From contig OZ244235.1 in NCBI GenBank assembly GCA_965217095.1, positions 3,336,175 through 3,400,174 on the forward strand: DNA of 64,000 bases, given 5' to 3'. This document shows positions 1 to 8,538 of this stretch, in pieces (position 1 is the stretch's first letter; every line of letters starts with the position of its first letter). The translations under genes were made by a program, and so were the position numbers. Below the pieces are notes generated by a model. That model had not been told where the DNA came from, did no database searches, and saw nothing but the letters and a program-made list of their open reading frames with translations. Source of the DNA: Candidatus Latescibacterota bacterium (GTDB lineage Bacteria; Latescibacterota; UBA2968; UBA8231).

Positions 1-719
1 CATGCTACCAGCGATGTATTTCGAGCCAGGAACTTTTCTAGGTCCTCTTCCTCTGACATCGGCCGAAAGGCCTTTGGATTAGCGCCGGAAATTTCAAGCT
101 CTTGCAGGGCGGCAAGTGAGTATACCTGACAGACATCAGGCCAATCGTCCGGGTCAAATGCCCGGATGTTCGGGCACGTAGTGCTTGGTGTAAACAGTGA
201 ATCGACAATATTGTGAACGGCTGACGATACTTCCAGCGTTCCTTCGCTTTCAGATTTGAGAAAGTCTCGCAGAGACAAAAATCTGACTTCAGAGATTTCA
301 TTTGGGTCAAAGTCGAACGGGCCATTTGAATGGGCTTTGAAAATCGCAGAAAACTCGGACTCGTTTTTGTACCGATATAAAAACTTGCCCAGAAACTCTA
401 CTGTAATGTCAACGCCCAATTCTTCTTTGACTTCGCGGATGGCTGTTTGCTCGTAGCTCTCGCCGCTGTTTACATGACCACTAGCTGACGTAATCCATGC
501 ACCCGGATTCACATCTTTTGTAAGGCTTCGCTTCTGCCAGAGAAGTTGATCCGTGTCATTGAATATCAAGACAAAAGCTGCTCGATGAATAAGAACTGGA
601 TCTGAGTTACACTCCTTGCGCGTGGCACGGCCAATGACTGTGTCAGTAGTGTCCACGATGTCGAAGATCTCATTGAGATCATCTGTCGTACGCAAGGATG
701 AACCTCTGTTATCCGCCAT
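1..719 (-). CDS. NUDIX hydrolase domain protein with uncharacterised C-terminal extension; C-terminus runs off the window start (partial)
   Basis: Manual minus-strand translation from ATG at 719-717 gives MADNRGSSLRTTDDLNEIFDIVDTTDTVIGRATRKECNSDPVLIHRAAFVLIFNDTDQLLWQKRSLTKDVNPGAWITSASGHVNSGESYEQTAIREVKEELGVDITVEF... with a canonical Nudix box (GX5EX7REUXEEXGU). No stop codon before position 1. Absent from the ORF track because the ORF is open-ended. Confidence 0.6.
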   Translation of the reverse strand, partial: MADNRGSSLRTTDDLNEIFDIVDTTDTVIGRATRKECNSDPVLIHRAAFVLIFNDTDQLLWQKRSLTKDVNPGAWITSASGHVNSGESYEQTAIREVKEELGVDITVEFLGKFLYRYKNESEFSAIFKAHSNGPFDFDPNEISEVRFLSLRDFLKSESEGTLEVSSAVHNIVDSLFTPSTTCPNIRAFDPDDWPDVCQVYSLAALQELEISGANPKAFRPMSEEEDLEKFLARNTSLVA

Positions 720-1800
720 AGGGCCGGGCGAGTCCTTCATCGAGGAGTTGCCGGTTCAGGAAAACACCCTCGGAGAGCACTTCCGCGGGATCGTCCGAGC
801 CGGGCAGGTAAAAGAGGTCGGTCAGGTAGCGGCCGTAGAGGTCACGGCTGATGGTGCTGATGACGACGAAGTCGACGGGCGCGAGCATTTCCTCCACATA
901 CGCGCGGGCTTGCCGGCCCATGGTGCTGTAGAGCTCCGGGCAATCGATGCCGCGCAAGCGCAGTCGCTCGGTGCGCCACGTGTGGAAACCTTGGTCGATG
1001 CGGGCGAGCAGGGTGTCGCCGTCGATGATACGCTCGGGGATGGCTTTGACGGTGTAGAGTTTACGGCCGCGCGCGGAGTTGCCAACAAAACGGTACTCCG
1101 CGGCGTTGCGTTTCTTAGTGCAGGTGACGATCATTCCTGCCTGCGGTGAAACGCCCTCGAGTCTTCCGGGCCACTGGCTGTAGAATCCCAAATCGACGAC
1201 ATAGTCAGCCGCGGCAGTCTGGCCGGGCAGGGCGCGGACCAGACGATAGGTGTAGAGCTGGCCTTTTCGGGGCTTGAGGGGGCGGACTGCGGCGGCGGAT
1301 GGACGGTAAGCGACCGAGCCCAGCTGTTGGGCGGCGCTGTAGAGGTCGTTTCTGATCTGGTGTTTGAGTTCCTTCACGTTCCAACCTTCGTGGCGGGCTG
1401 CGCGTAGGTAGAATTCGCGCTGGTTTTGCGTTTTCAGCGAGATGAGCTGGATGTAATGGGTCCAGGTCAATAGTGGAATCGATTCCACTATTGGCATGCT
1501 CCGGCGAAAGCGAAGCATCAGGTAAACATTTGTTCTTTCAAGGTTTAGGTCTTTGGAGACGCGTTTGATGAGGCCTTCGCCGTAGGCAGTTTTTCCCTGA
1601 TTGGCAAGCAGATGGGTGTGGAGGACGTCGCCGATCTCCCAGTTGCGGCGGGCGATGCGCCGGCCCCGCGACTGGCTGCTGAGATCCTTTCCGGCGGAGA
1701 TGATTTCGCCTATTCCTTCTATTAGTGCAGCGTAGGTGTCGAATGGCATGAATCCTCCGAGGGGTATAATTTCGAGACTTTGACCGGCGCGTCTAACCAC
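709..1800 (-). CDS. Nuclease: YhcG-like DUF1016 N-terminal domain fused to a staphylococcal-nuclease (SNase/thermonuclease)-like C-terminal domain
   Basis: 363 aa ORF. The N-terminal half carries YhcG-type motifs (IPLLTWTHYIQLISLKTQNQREFYLRAARHEGWNVKELKHQI). The C-terminal half carries an SNase-like signature (RLRLRGIDCPELYSTMGRQARAYVEEMLAPVDFVVI...DLYGRYLTDLFY). It overlaps the Nudix gene start by 11 nt. Confidence 0.55.
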   Translation of the reverse strand: MVRRAGQSLEIIPLGGFMPFDTYAALIEGIGEIISAGKDLSSQSRGRRIARRNWEIGDVLHTHLLANQGKTAYGEGLIKRVSKDLNLERTNVYLMLRFRRSMPIVESIPLLTWTHYIQLISLKTQNQREFYLRAARHEGWNVKELKHQIRNDLYSAAQQLGSVAYRPSAAAVRPLKPRKGQLYTYRLVRALPGQTAAADYVVDLGFYSQWPGRLEGVSPQAGMIVTCTKKRNAAEYRFVGNSARGRKLYTVKAIPERIIDGDTLLARIDQGFHTWRTERLRLRGIDCPELYSTMGRQARAYVEEMLAPVDFVVISTISRDLYGRYLTDLFYLPGSDDPAEVLSEGVFLNRQLLDEGLARPYGG

Positions 1801-1821
1801 AAAGAAAGCAAAGGATGACTC

Positions 1822-2603
1822 ATGGGGATACTGGACAAATTTTCGTTAAATGGTCGCGTCGCCCTGGTCTCGGGCGGGGCGGGACCTCTGTTCGGCAGCA
1901 GTATTTCGGAAGCGTTGGCAGAAGCGGGGGCGACGCTGATTACGGCGTCGCGATCTCTGGAACGCAACGAGGCGTTCGCGGAGGGGTTGAAGAGTCAGGG
2001 GTATGACGCCCACGCAATGGAGATGGATATCACCGAGCTGGAATCGATCGAGGCGTTAGGGGCCGGTGTGACGGAGCGTTTCGGGCGTCTGGACATCCTG
2101 GTCAACAGCGCGCTGGCGATCAAGGGCGGCAGTTTCGAGGAGCGGACGCCGGAGTCGTGGGCGTTCGGCGCCAAGGGAAACATGGTAGGTCTGTTTGCGA
2201 TGTGTAAGGCGTTTGTCCCGGGCATGGTGGCGCAGGGTGGGGGATCGATTATCAACATCTCCAGCATCTACGGTGTGGTGGCGAACGACCCGACCTTGTA
2301 CGAAGGGACCGATATGCGACAGCCACCGGATTACACCTTCGTCAAGGCGGGCATGATCAACTTCACTCGGTACATCGCCAACTATTATGGGAAGAAAGGG
2401 GTGCGGGCGAACTGCATCTGTCCGGGGGGTACGACTGTGGCGATCCGGCACCTTTTGTGGAGAACTACACGAAACGGGTTCCGGTGGGACGGTTGTTGGA
2501 CAACGAGGATCTCAAAGGGGCGGTGGTGTTTCTGGCTTCGGATGCGTCGTCCTACGTCACCGGGCACACGCTGATGGTGGACGGTGGCTGGACGACCCTT
2601 TAG
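1822..2603 (+). CDS. SDR family short-chain dehydrogenase/reductase, apparent -1 frameshift near 2430-2450
   Basis: The N-terminus shows the Rossmann motif [16 protein letters not shown] and the SDR core (ISSIYG...). After about 2440 the SDR C-terminus ([52 protein letters not shown]) continues in another frame to the TAG at 2601-2603. Total length 782 nt is not a multiple of 3. The lesion sits at a GGGGGG run (2424-2429). Confidence 0.55.
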
Positions 2604-2725
2604 GGGCGGGCGGCGTTTTCTGGCCCCGGCGGATCTGCAACGCTGTTCGTTGACATCAGGGGGCTTATAGTGCTGCATTTACAGGTGTTTCGCATCCCTT
2701 TTTACGTCCGCCGTCATCGGATAAC

Positions 2726-3982
2726 ATGGCAAAGTCTAAGATACTAATCGTCGAAGGTGTCGAGGTCCGTGGCAGGGCCCTGGACATGATTCTGGGCCAG
2801 ATCGGCGAATTCGACACCGTTCTGGTCTCGAGCGTCACCGACGCCTTGATGAAGATCAAAGCGGAACCGTTCGATCTGGTGCTCGCCAACACCGAGGTCA
2901 GTAAACCCGGCGACGGCCTCAAACTGGCCCAGATCATTCTGCTGCGCAACGTCGTAGCCAAACCCCCTTTGGTGATCATGGTCACCAAAGAGAAGGACCA
3001 GGAGCTGGTGCGCAAGTGTCGGCAGATCGGCGTAGTGGATTACATCGTTTACCCCTACGACCCGGTCAATCTATTGAAGCGAGTGTCAGACTCCTTCGGC
3101 CAACACAAGGGCATGACGAAGGAGCAGGCCCGTCGGTCGATTGCGGCGACGCTGAAGAAAATCATCGATCTGCCCACTATCTCCAAGGTTCAAGAGCGGA
3201 TTACAGATCTTCTCGCCAGCGATCGATCTTCTGCCGCTGATGTCGCCCGGGTTATGGAGATCGATCAGTCTATCACTGCCAAAATGCTGCGCCTAGCGAA
3301 CTCTGCCGTTTTCGGGTTCAATCGCCATGTCACCTCCGTAAAGGACGCTGTTGCCCTTATCGGTTTCGAGCAGGTCACCGATCTTGTGACCGCGGTATCC
3401 ACATTCGAGGCGCTTGGGCGCGTGGAAGAATCGCCCCACTTCAATCGCCTCGCGTTCTGGGAGCATTCGATAGGCTGCGGTTCCATTGCAAGGGTCATTG
3501 GGGAGAAGCTCAAGGTCGACCCCGAGCGCGCATTTGTCGCCGGATTGCTCCACGATATCGGCAAAGTGGTGCTTGACGGCTATTTTCCCGAATTCTTCGG
3601 ACAGGCCCTGCAAATGGCAGCTAAAGAAGGTATTTCGATCTACGAGGCCGAGACAAAGATGATCCCGATAAACCACGAGATGGTGGGTGGCTACCTCGCC
3701 CGTCAGTGGAAGCTGCCCGAGCCGATCGCTGACGTCATCGGTGCTCACCACACCCTTAAACCGCAAAAGTCCATGAATATGCGGCTTGTGGTCTTGGTCC
3801 ACGTGGTCGACACGCAGTGTCGTGCCCTCGGCTGCGGCAACGCCGGCGACGACGTCGTGAGCGAGCTAGCCAACAACTTGCTCACCCGATTGGCAATCAC
3901 TCGGGCCGACCTCGAGGCATGGAAGCCAGACATGCAGAAGGCCATAAAGAACGCGCAGGGACTTCTGGAGTTGGCCGATTGA
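2726..3982 (+). CDS. Response-regulator receiver domain fused to an HDOD (HD-related output) domain
   Basis: N-terminal CheY-like region (KILIVEG...FDLVLANTEV...). The C-terminal HDOD hallmarks are LPTISKVQERITDLL...MLRLANSAVFG...AFVAGLLHDIGKVVL. 418 aa. Confidence 0.7.
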   Translation: MAKSKILIVEGVEVRGRALDMILGQIGEFDTVLVSSVTDALMKIKAEPFDLVLANTEVSKPGDGLKLAQIILLRNVVAKPPLVIMVTKEKDQELVRKCRQIGVVDYIVYPYDPVNLLKRVSDSFGQHKGMTKEQARRSIAATLKKIIDLPTISKVQERITDLLASDRSSAADVARVMEIDQSITAKMLRLANSAVFGFNRHVTSVKDAVALIGFEQVTDLVTAVSTFEALGRVEESPHFNRLAFWEHSIGCGSIARVIGEKLKVDPERAFVAGLLHDIGKVVLDGYFPEFFGQALQMAAKEGISIYEAETKMIPINHEMVGGYLARQWKLPEPIADVIGAHHTLKPQKSMNMRLVVLVHVVDTQCRALGCGNAGDDVVSELANNLLTRLAITRADLEAWKPDMQKAIKNAQGLLELAD

Positions 3983-4004
3983 AGATAAACCGAAGCAGAC
4001 CCTC

Positions 4005-4733
4005 ATGAGCGAAGAAGCACGGGCTGAACTGGCACCTACCGGAGTCCTGCGCGCCGGCATCAACCTGTCCAACTTCCTGCTGGTCACGGGGGAAAGCTCT
4101 GGTGGCGAGCCTGAGGGGGTCTCCCCGGACATCGCCCGCGCCGTGGGCGATCGCCTGGGCGTCGAGGTGGAATACGTGGTGTTCGACACCCCGGCGCAAC
4201 TGGCGGACGCGGCGGTGGAAGATGTGTGGGATATCGGCAACCTTGGCGCCGAACCGGAGCGCGCCAAGACGATCGCATTCACCGCCGCCTACGCAGAGAT
4301 AGAAGCGACCTATCTGGTGCCGGCCGGCTCATCGATCCAAGCTGTCGACGAGGTGGACCGCGAGGGGGTGCGCATCGCCGTTTACGGGCGCGGCGCCTAC
4401 GGGTTGTGGCTGAGCGAGAACCTCAAGCAGGCGGAGCTGGTCAAGGCGGAGGGTCTCGACGAATCTTTCGACCTCTTCGTCAAAGAGGAGTTGGATGCCC
4501 TGGCGGGTCTGCGGCCCCGCCTTACCACGGATGTGCAGAAGCTGCCTGGCGCGCGGGTTCTCGAAGGCCAATTCACGGCCGTGCAACAGGCGATCGGTAC
4601 CAAGCCGGAGCGAACGGCCGGCGCCGCGTTTCTGCGCGGGTTTGTCGAGGAAGCCAAAGCCAGCGGACTGGTGGCGGAGCTCATCGAAAAACACGGTGTA
4701 ACAGGCAAGCTGACGGTGGCGCCGGCGGCCTGA
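4005..4733 (+). CDS. Family-3 solute-binding (SBP_bac_3 / PBP type II fold) domain protein without an obvious signal peptide
   Basis: 242 aa. The LRAGINLSNFLLV...DIARAVGDRLGVEVEYVVFDTPAQL...TIAFTAAYAEIEATYLV pattern is typical of polar amino-acid-binding domains. It sits 22 nt after the HDOD regulator and 21 nt before a PhyH gene, which suggests an operon. Confidence 0.5.
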   Translation: MSEEARAELAPTGVLRAGINLSNFLLVTGESSGGEPEGVSPDIARAVGDRLGVEVEYVVFDTPAQLADAAVEDVWDIGNLGAEPERAKTIAFTAAYAEIEATYLVPAGSSIQAVDEVDREGVRIAVYGRGAYGLWLSENLKQAELVKAEGLDESFDLFVKEELDALAGLRPRLTTDVQKLPGARVLEGQFTAVQQAIGTKPERTAGAAFLRGFVEEAKASGLVAELIEKHGVTGKLTVAPAA

Positions 4734-4754
4734 GCGTCTGCAGCTGAGGACAAC

Positions 4755-5525
4755 ATGACGGTACTGAGCGAAGCCGATCACAGTTTTTTCAAGGAGAACG
4801 GGTACATCCTGCGGACGGATCTGCTCTCGGAGGAGGATCTCGCTCGATTCATCCACCTCTTCGACCGGGACCGCTCGGAGCACCACTACCGATGGCATCC
4901 CTACTCCTATCATCAACGGGCCAATTACGATGTGCTGGTTACCTCACCGGAGTTCGACGAGGCGGTTCGACACACCAAGGTCTTTGCCGCCATCGGAGAG
5001 CTCATGGGTGGCAAGACCTGCTTCGGCGAGTTCGGTGCCCGCTACATGGACGAATATGAAGGTGAGCTCCACCGCGGCTGGCACCGGGATCGTCCTCATT
5101 GGCCCGAGCACGCCTACCGCATGGATTACATCCAGTTCATGCTCTACCTGACTGATGTCGGGCCGGATACGCACTGCTTCTCGATTTCGCCCGAGTCGAT
5201 TGCCGACCCGGTCCTCAAGGAAAAGGAAGACCAGCTGGCAAGAGGGGGAATCGTCGACATCGAAGGGCCCGCGGGTTCCGTTTGCCTGTTCAATGTTGCC
5301 GTGCTGCACACGGCGACGACCCGCAAGACGACTAAAGAGCGCAAGACGCTGCAGATTTATTACGGTCATCGAGATCGCGCCCCGCTGGCCAACGACTCGG
5401 TGATTCCGCCCCGCTTTTGGAAACACGATCCCGACCCCGAGACGCGGGCGTTTTACGGCAATCTCAACGAGGTCACGAGAATCTACATGAAGTCGTTCGG
5501 GGTCGAAGAGACGACGGCGTCGTAA
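4755..5525 (+). CDS. Phytanoyl-CoA dioxygenase (PhyH) family Fe(II)/2-oxoglutarate dioxygenase, paralog 1
   Basis: 256 aa with PhyH-like N-terminus (FFKENGYILRTDLLSEED), an HxD-type motif (WHRD) and a distal His (LHTATT). Confidence 0.6.
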   Translation: MTVLSEADHSFFKENGYILRTDLLSEEDLARFIHLFDRDRSEHHYRWHPYSYHQRANYDVLVTSPEFDEAVRHTKVFAAIGELMGGKTCFGEFGARYMDEYEGELHRGWHRDRPHWPEHAYRMDYIQFMLYLTDVGPDTHCFSISPESIADPVLKEKEDQLARGGIVDIEGPAGSVCLFNVAVLHTATTRKTTKERKTLQIYYGHRDRAPLANDSVIPPRFWKHDPDPETRAFYGNLNEVTRIYMKSFGVEETTAS

Positions 5526-5560
5526 CGAGCGCAAGACCGTAGCGTGGCTGAAAGGAAACC

Positions 5561-5860
5561 ATGATCGAGCACATCGTGTTGTTGAAGCTCAAGGAAGGGG
5601 TCACGCCCGAGCAGACGCAGGCGGTTCTGGAGGGTTTGCAGGCGTTAATGGGAAAGCTGCCCGGCATCGTTTCCGTTACTGGCGGGGACAACATGAGCCC
5701 GGAAGGGAAGTCACGCGATTTCAGCTGGGGGTTCACCATCAGGTTCGAGGACGTAGCGGCACGGGACGCTTACTTGCCGCATCCCGATCACAAGGCGGTA
5801 AGCGCAAGCACGATCCGTCCGATCGCGGATGACGTGCTGGTGTTCGACTACAGTACTTAA
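5561..5860 (+). CDS. Dabb (stress-responsive dimeric alpha+beta barrel) family protein
   Basis: 99 aa: MIEHIVLLKLKEGVTPEQTQAVLEGLQALMGKLPGIVSVTGGDN...DAYLPHPDHKAV. Confidence 0.65.
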   Translation: MIEHIVLLKLKEGVTPEQTQAVLEGLQALMGKLPGIVSVTGGDNMSPEGKSRDFSWGFTIRFEDVAARDAYLPHPDHKAVSASTIRPIADDVLVFDYST

Positions 5861-5904
5861 CAACTGTGGCCCCGTTGGGCCGCAAAAAAAGGAGCGGATG
5901 AACT

Positions 5905-6635
5905 ATGAACATAATCCTGATCGGCTGTGAGTTTGCGGGCAAGACGACACTGGCCGCGGATATCGTGGACTGGTTCGAGGAGAACATGGGGTACAGCAGC
6001 CATTTTCACGACCACTTCACGATTCCTTCTACGAGCTGACCGACGACGCGGGTGCCAGCTACAAAGCGGCCCATCCCCAGGTCAAGGAGATGTTCCAACG
6101 CTTCCTGATGTCTTACCACACATCGGAGGGGTTTTACAGCGCTCCCGATCACCATCTAATGGGGTTCCACATCGAAGAAGCGGTCTACGCACCGCTCTAC
6201 TACGGCTACGGCGGCCCGGATTCGGGCTCCCCCATGCGTTCTCCGGAGGGGCAACGGACCGAGATGGCACGACACACAGAGGAAGAGATCCTCAAACATG
6301 CGCCGAATACGATTTTGGTGCTGATGAAAGCAACGCCAGAGGTGATCAGGGAACGGATGGCGGCTAACATCTTCCCTGACGCCGAGACCCTCGCCCAACA
6401 AAAGTTGTCCAAGATCTTCGGAGAGCCCACCCGAGGTGTCGTGCTCGAGAAAGACGTGGAACATGTGCTCGCGCGCTTCGAAGAGGAGTGCGAGGCAAGC
6501 CTGATCAAGAACAAGCTGGTGCTCGACACGACCGCTGCCACCGTCGAGGAGACCATGGCGGAGTTCCTAGAAGGCTCAATGCCGCTCATGACAGACGCAG
6601 ACAAAGCCCGCTTTTCCGAACATGGAAGTGGGTGA
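5905..6635 (+). pseudogene. Uncharacterised P-loop NTPase (NadR/AAA_28-like Walker A), copy 1 of a tandem pair; disrupted by a 1-nt deletion near 6035
   Basis: Frame 1 reads MNIILIGCEFAGKTTLAADIVDWFEENMGYSSHFHDHFTIPST* and the protein continues in the 6090-6635 ORF (MFQRFLMSYHTSEGFYS...). Alignment with copy 2 shows ccttctacgagctgacc versus ccctcgacggagctgacc, i.e. one base is missing. Confidence 0.5.
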
Positions 6636-6721
6636 AGGCGCGGCGGAAACGAGATGAAGCAACGGGTTCTGGGGAGGACCGGTGTGGCCCGTCGGGCCGA
6701 AAAAAAAGGAGCGGATAGACT

Positions 6722-7453
6722 ATGAACATACTCTTGATTGGCTGTGAGTTTGCGGGCAAGACGACGTTGGCTGCCGAGATTGTGGACTGGTGCGAAGAGA
6801 ATCTGGGTGGCAGCAGTCATTTCCATGACCACTTCACGATTCCCTCGACGGAGCTGACCGATGAAGCTGGCGCCAGCTACGCGGCGACCCATCCTCAGGT
6901 GAAGGAGATGTTCCAGCGCTTCCTGATCTCCTATCACGCGTCAGAGGGGTTTTTCAGCTATCCCGATCACAACCTCATGGGTTACCACATCGAGGAAGCG
7001 GTCTACGCGCCGCTCTATTACGGCTACGGCGGCCCGGACTCGGGCTCCCCCATGCGCAGCCCCGAGGGGCAACGGACGGAGATGGCACGACACACGGAGG
7101 ACGAGATTCTCCGGCACGCGCCCAACATGGTTCTGGTGTTGATGAAAGCGACACCGGAGGTGATCAGGGAGCGCATGGCGGCCAACTTCTACCCGGACGC
7201 CGAAACCGTCGAGCGCCAGAAGATGTCGAAGCTCTTCGGAGAGCCCACCCGGGGTGTGGTGCTGGAGAAAGACGTGGAACATGTGCTGGCGCGCTTCGAA
7301 GATGAGTTCGAGGCGAGCCTGATGAAGAACAAGCTGGTGCTCGACACGACTACTGCCACCGTCGAGGAGACCATGGCGGAGTTCCTAGAAGGCTCAATGC
7401 CGTTCATGACAGACGCGGACAAGGTCCGCCTCGCTGCACAGGGAAAATCCTGA
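6722..7453 (+). CDS. Uncharacterised P-loop NTPase (Walker A GCEFAGKTTLA; possibly NadR/AAA_28-like kinase family), copy 2, intact
   Basis: 243 aa intact ORF with RBS aaaaaaaaggagcgga upstream. It is paralogous to 5905-6635 and to 41427-42143. Confidence 0.6.
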   Translation: MNILLIGCEFAGKTTLAAEIVDWCEENLGGSSHFHDHFTIPSTELTDEAGASYAATHPQVKEMFQRFLISYHASEGFFSYPDHNLMGYHIEEAVYAPLYYGYGGPDSGSPMRSPEGQRTEMARHTEDEILRHAPNMVLVLMKATPEVIRERMAANFYPDAETVERQKMSKLFGEPTRGVVLEKDVEHVLARFEDEFEASLMKNKLVLDTTTATVEETMAEFLEGSMPFMTDADKVRLAAQGKS

Positions 7454-7470
7454 GGGCACGAGAGTGTGAG

Positions 7471-8460
7471 ATGAAGCAACGGGTTCTGGGGAGGACCGGT
7501 TTGAAGGTGAGCGAGCTCAACCTTGGGGCGGCTTTTGTCAGCAAGGGAGAACAAGGCGCCGACGGTGCCACCGCGACGGTGCGCCGGGCGCTCGAGCTGG
7601 GCATGAACCTGGCCGACACCTCCGCCGACTACGGCGACAGCGAAGAGGTGCTCGGCCGGGCGCTGCACGAGATCGGCGAGCCTTGCATCGTCTCCACCAA
7701 GCTGGGGCCGCCATCGGGCTGGGCCGACTTCGATCCGAAAGACAAGGACCAGCTGCGACGGATAGTGGAACGTAGCCTCAAGAATCTGCACCGCGACGTC
7801 ATCGACATCATGATGATCCACGAGCCGGATCGCCCAAGACAGTTCGATTGGTACGACGATGACATCTCCTTTCAAGGTCCGGTGGTGGAGCTGCTCAACG
7901 AGCTCAAGGGAGAGGGAGTGATCAAATACACCGGCATCGGAGGCACAGCGATCTACGAACTGACACGCTTGGTGGCTACCGGTGCGTACGACGTGGTGCT
8001 GACCGGCTTCAACTCCAGCCCTCTCTGGCGCGACTCGTTGACTACGGTGATTCCGGAAGCGAACAAACAGAACATGGGTGTGTTCATGGCGTCTCCGACA
8101 CAGCAGGGGTGGCTTGTTAAGAAATACCCGCAGGTCTACGACGGGGCGCGCTGGCTCAGTCCGCAGCGGCGGGAACAGCTAAAAGCGCTCTACGACTTCG
8201 TGGACGAGATCGGCATCGAGCTGCCGGTGTTGTGTCTGCGCTGGGCATTGGCGGTGGAAGGGGTTTCCACGGTGTTGACCGGACCGCGGAACATCGCCCA
8301 GCTGGAACAGAATTACTCCGCGACCGAAGAGGGGCCATTGCCGGACGATGTTGCGAAACGTCTGGATGAGATCTACGAGATGGTACCGTATCGACCGTTC
8401 GAGGAGCCGGCGCCGGCCTGTTTCGAACGGGAGTACTGGGGTCAGGGGCCGTTGCGGTAA
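7471..8460 (+). CDS. Aldo/keto reductase family oxidoreductase
   Basis: 329 aa: MKQRVLGRTGLKVSELNLGAAFV...ELGMNLADTSADYGDSEEVLGRAL... matches the typical AKR N-terminus and (beta/alpha)8 barrel pattern. Confidence 0.75.
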   Translation: MKQRVLGRTGLKVSELNLGAAFVSKGEQGADGATATVRRALELGMNLADTSADYGDSEEVLGRALHEIGEPCIVSTKLGPPSGWADFDPKDKDQLRRIVERSLKNLHRDVIDIMMIHEPDRPRQFDWYDDDISFQGPVVELLNELKGEGVIKYTGIGGTAIYELTRLVATGAYDVVLTGFNSSPLWRDSLTTVIPEANKQNMGVFMASPTQQGWLVKKYPQVYDGARWLSPQRREQLKALYDFVDEIGIELPVLCLRWALAVEGVSTVLTGPRNIAQLEQNYSATEEGPLPDDVAKRLDEIYEMVPYRPFEEPAPACFEREYWGQGPLR

Positions 8461-8538
8461 CGCGGTTGAACGACAACCCGATTCACAGGGGGAAGCCCTG
8501 GACGGGTAACCCGAACATCCGCACTTGGAGCAGAGACC

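Larger units (their letters stand above)
5868..7500 (+). repeat. Tandem duplication (two ~816-bp units, 5868-6683 and 6684-7500), each carrying a conserved upstream hairpin + A-run + RBS, a P-loop NTPase gene, and the first 33 nt of the downstream aldo/keto reductase gene
   Basis: Both units start with gtggccc(c/g)t(t/c)gggccg aaaaaaaggagcgga and end with gagatgaagcaacgggttctggggaggaccggt. That 33-mer is found at 6651-6683 and at 7468-7500, and is the 5' end of the AKR ORF. The two gene copies are roughly 85% identical at the nucleotide level, so the duplication is old. Confidence 0.75.

Noticed and set aside
2648-2680. TTGACA ... TATAGT promoter-like hexamers upstream of the HDOD regulator gene
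   Set aside because: The spacing between the hexamers is only about 10 nt, far from the 17 +/- 1 optimum. Not reported as a promoter.
5868-5905. GGCCC-loop-GGGCC hairpin followed by an A-run, considered as a Rho-independent terminator for the Dabb gene
   Set aside because: On the transcribed (plus) strand the stem is followed by A, not U. It is conserved with the duplicated unit and sits right before the RBS, so it more likely acts as a 5'-UTR element. It is covered under the tandem-duplication finding.
6206-6937. 243-aa minus-strand ORF spanning the two P-loop gene copies
   Set aside because: Antisense to two paralogous, motif-bearing genes. Its translation is Ala/Arg/Ser-rich with no domain signal. 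A GC-driven open frame.
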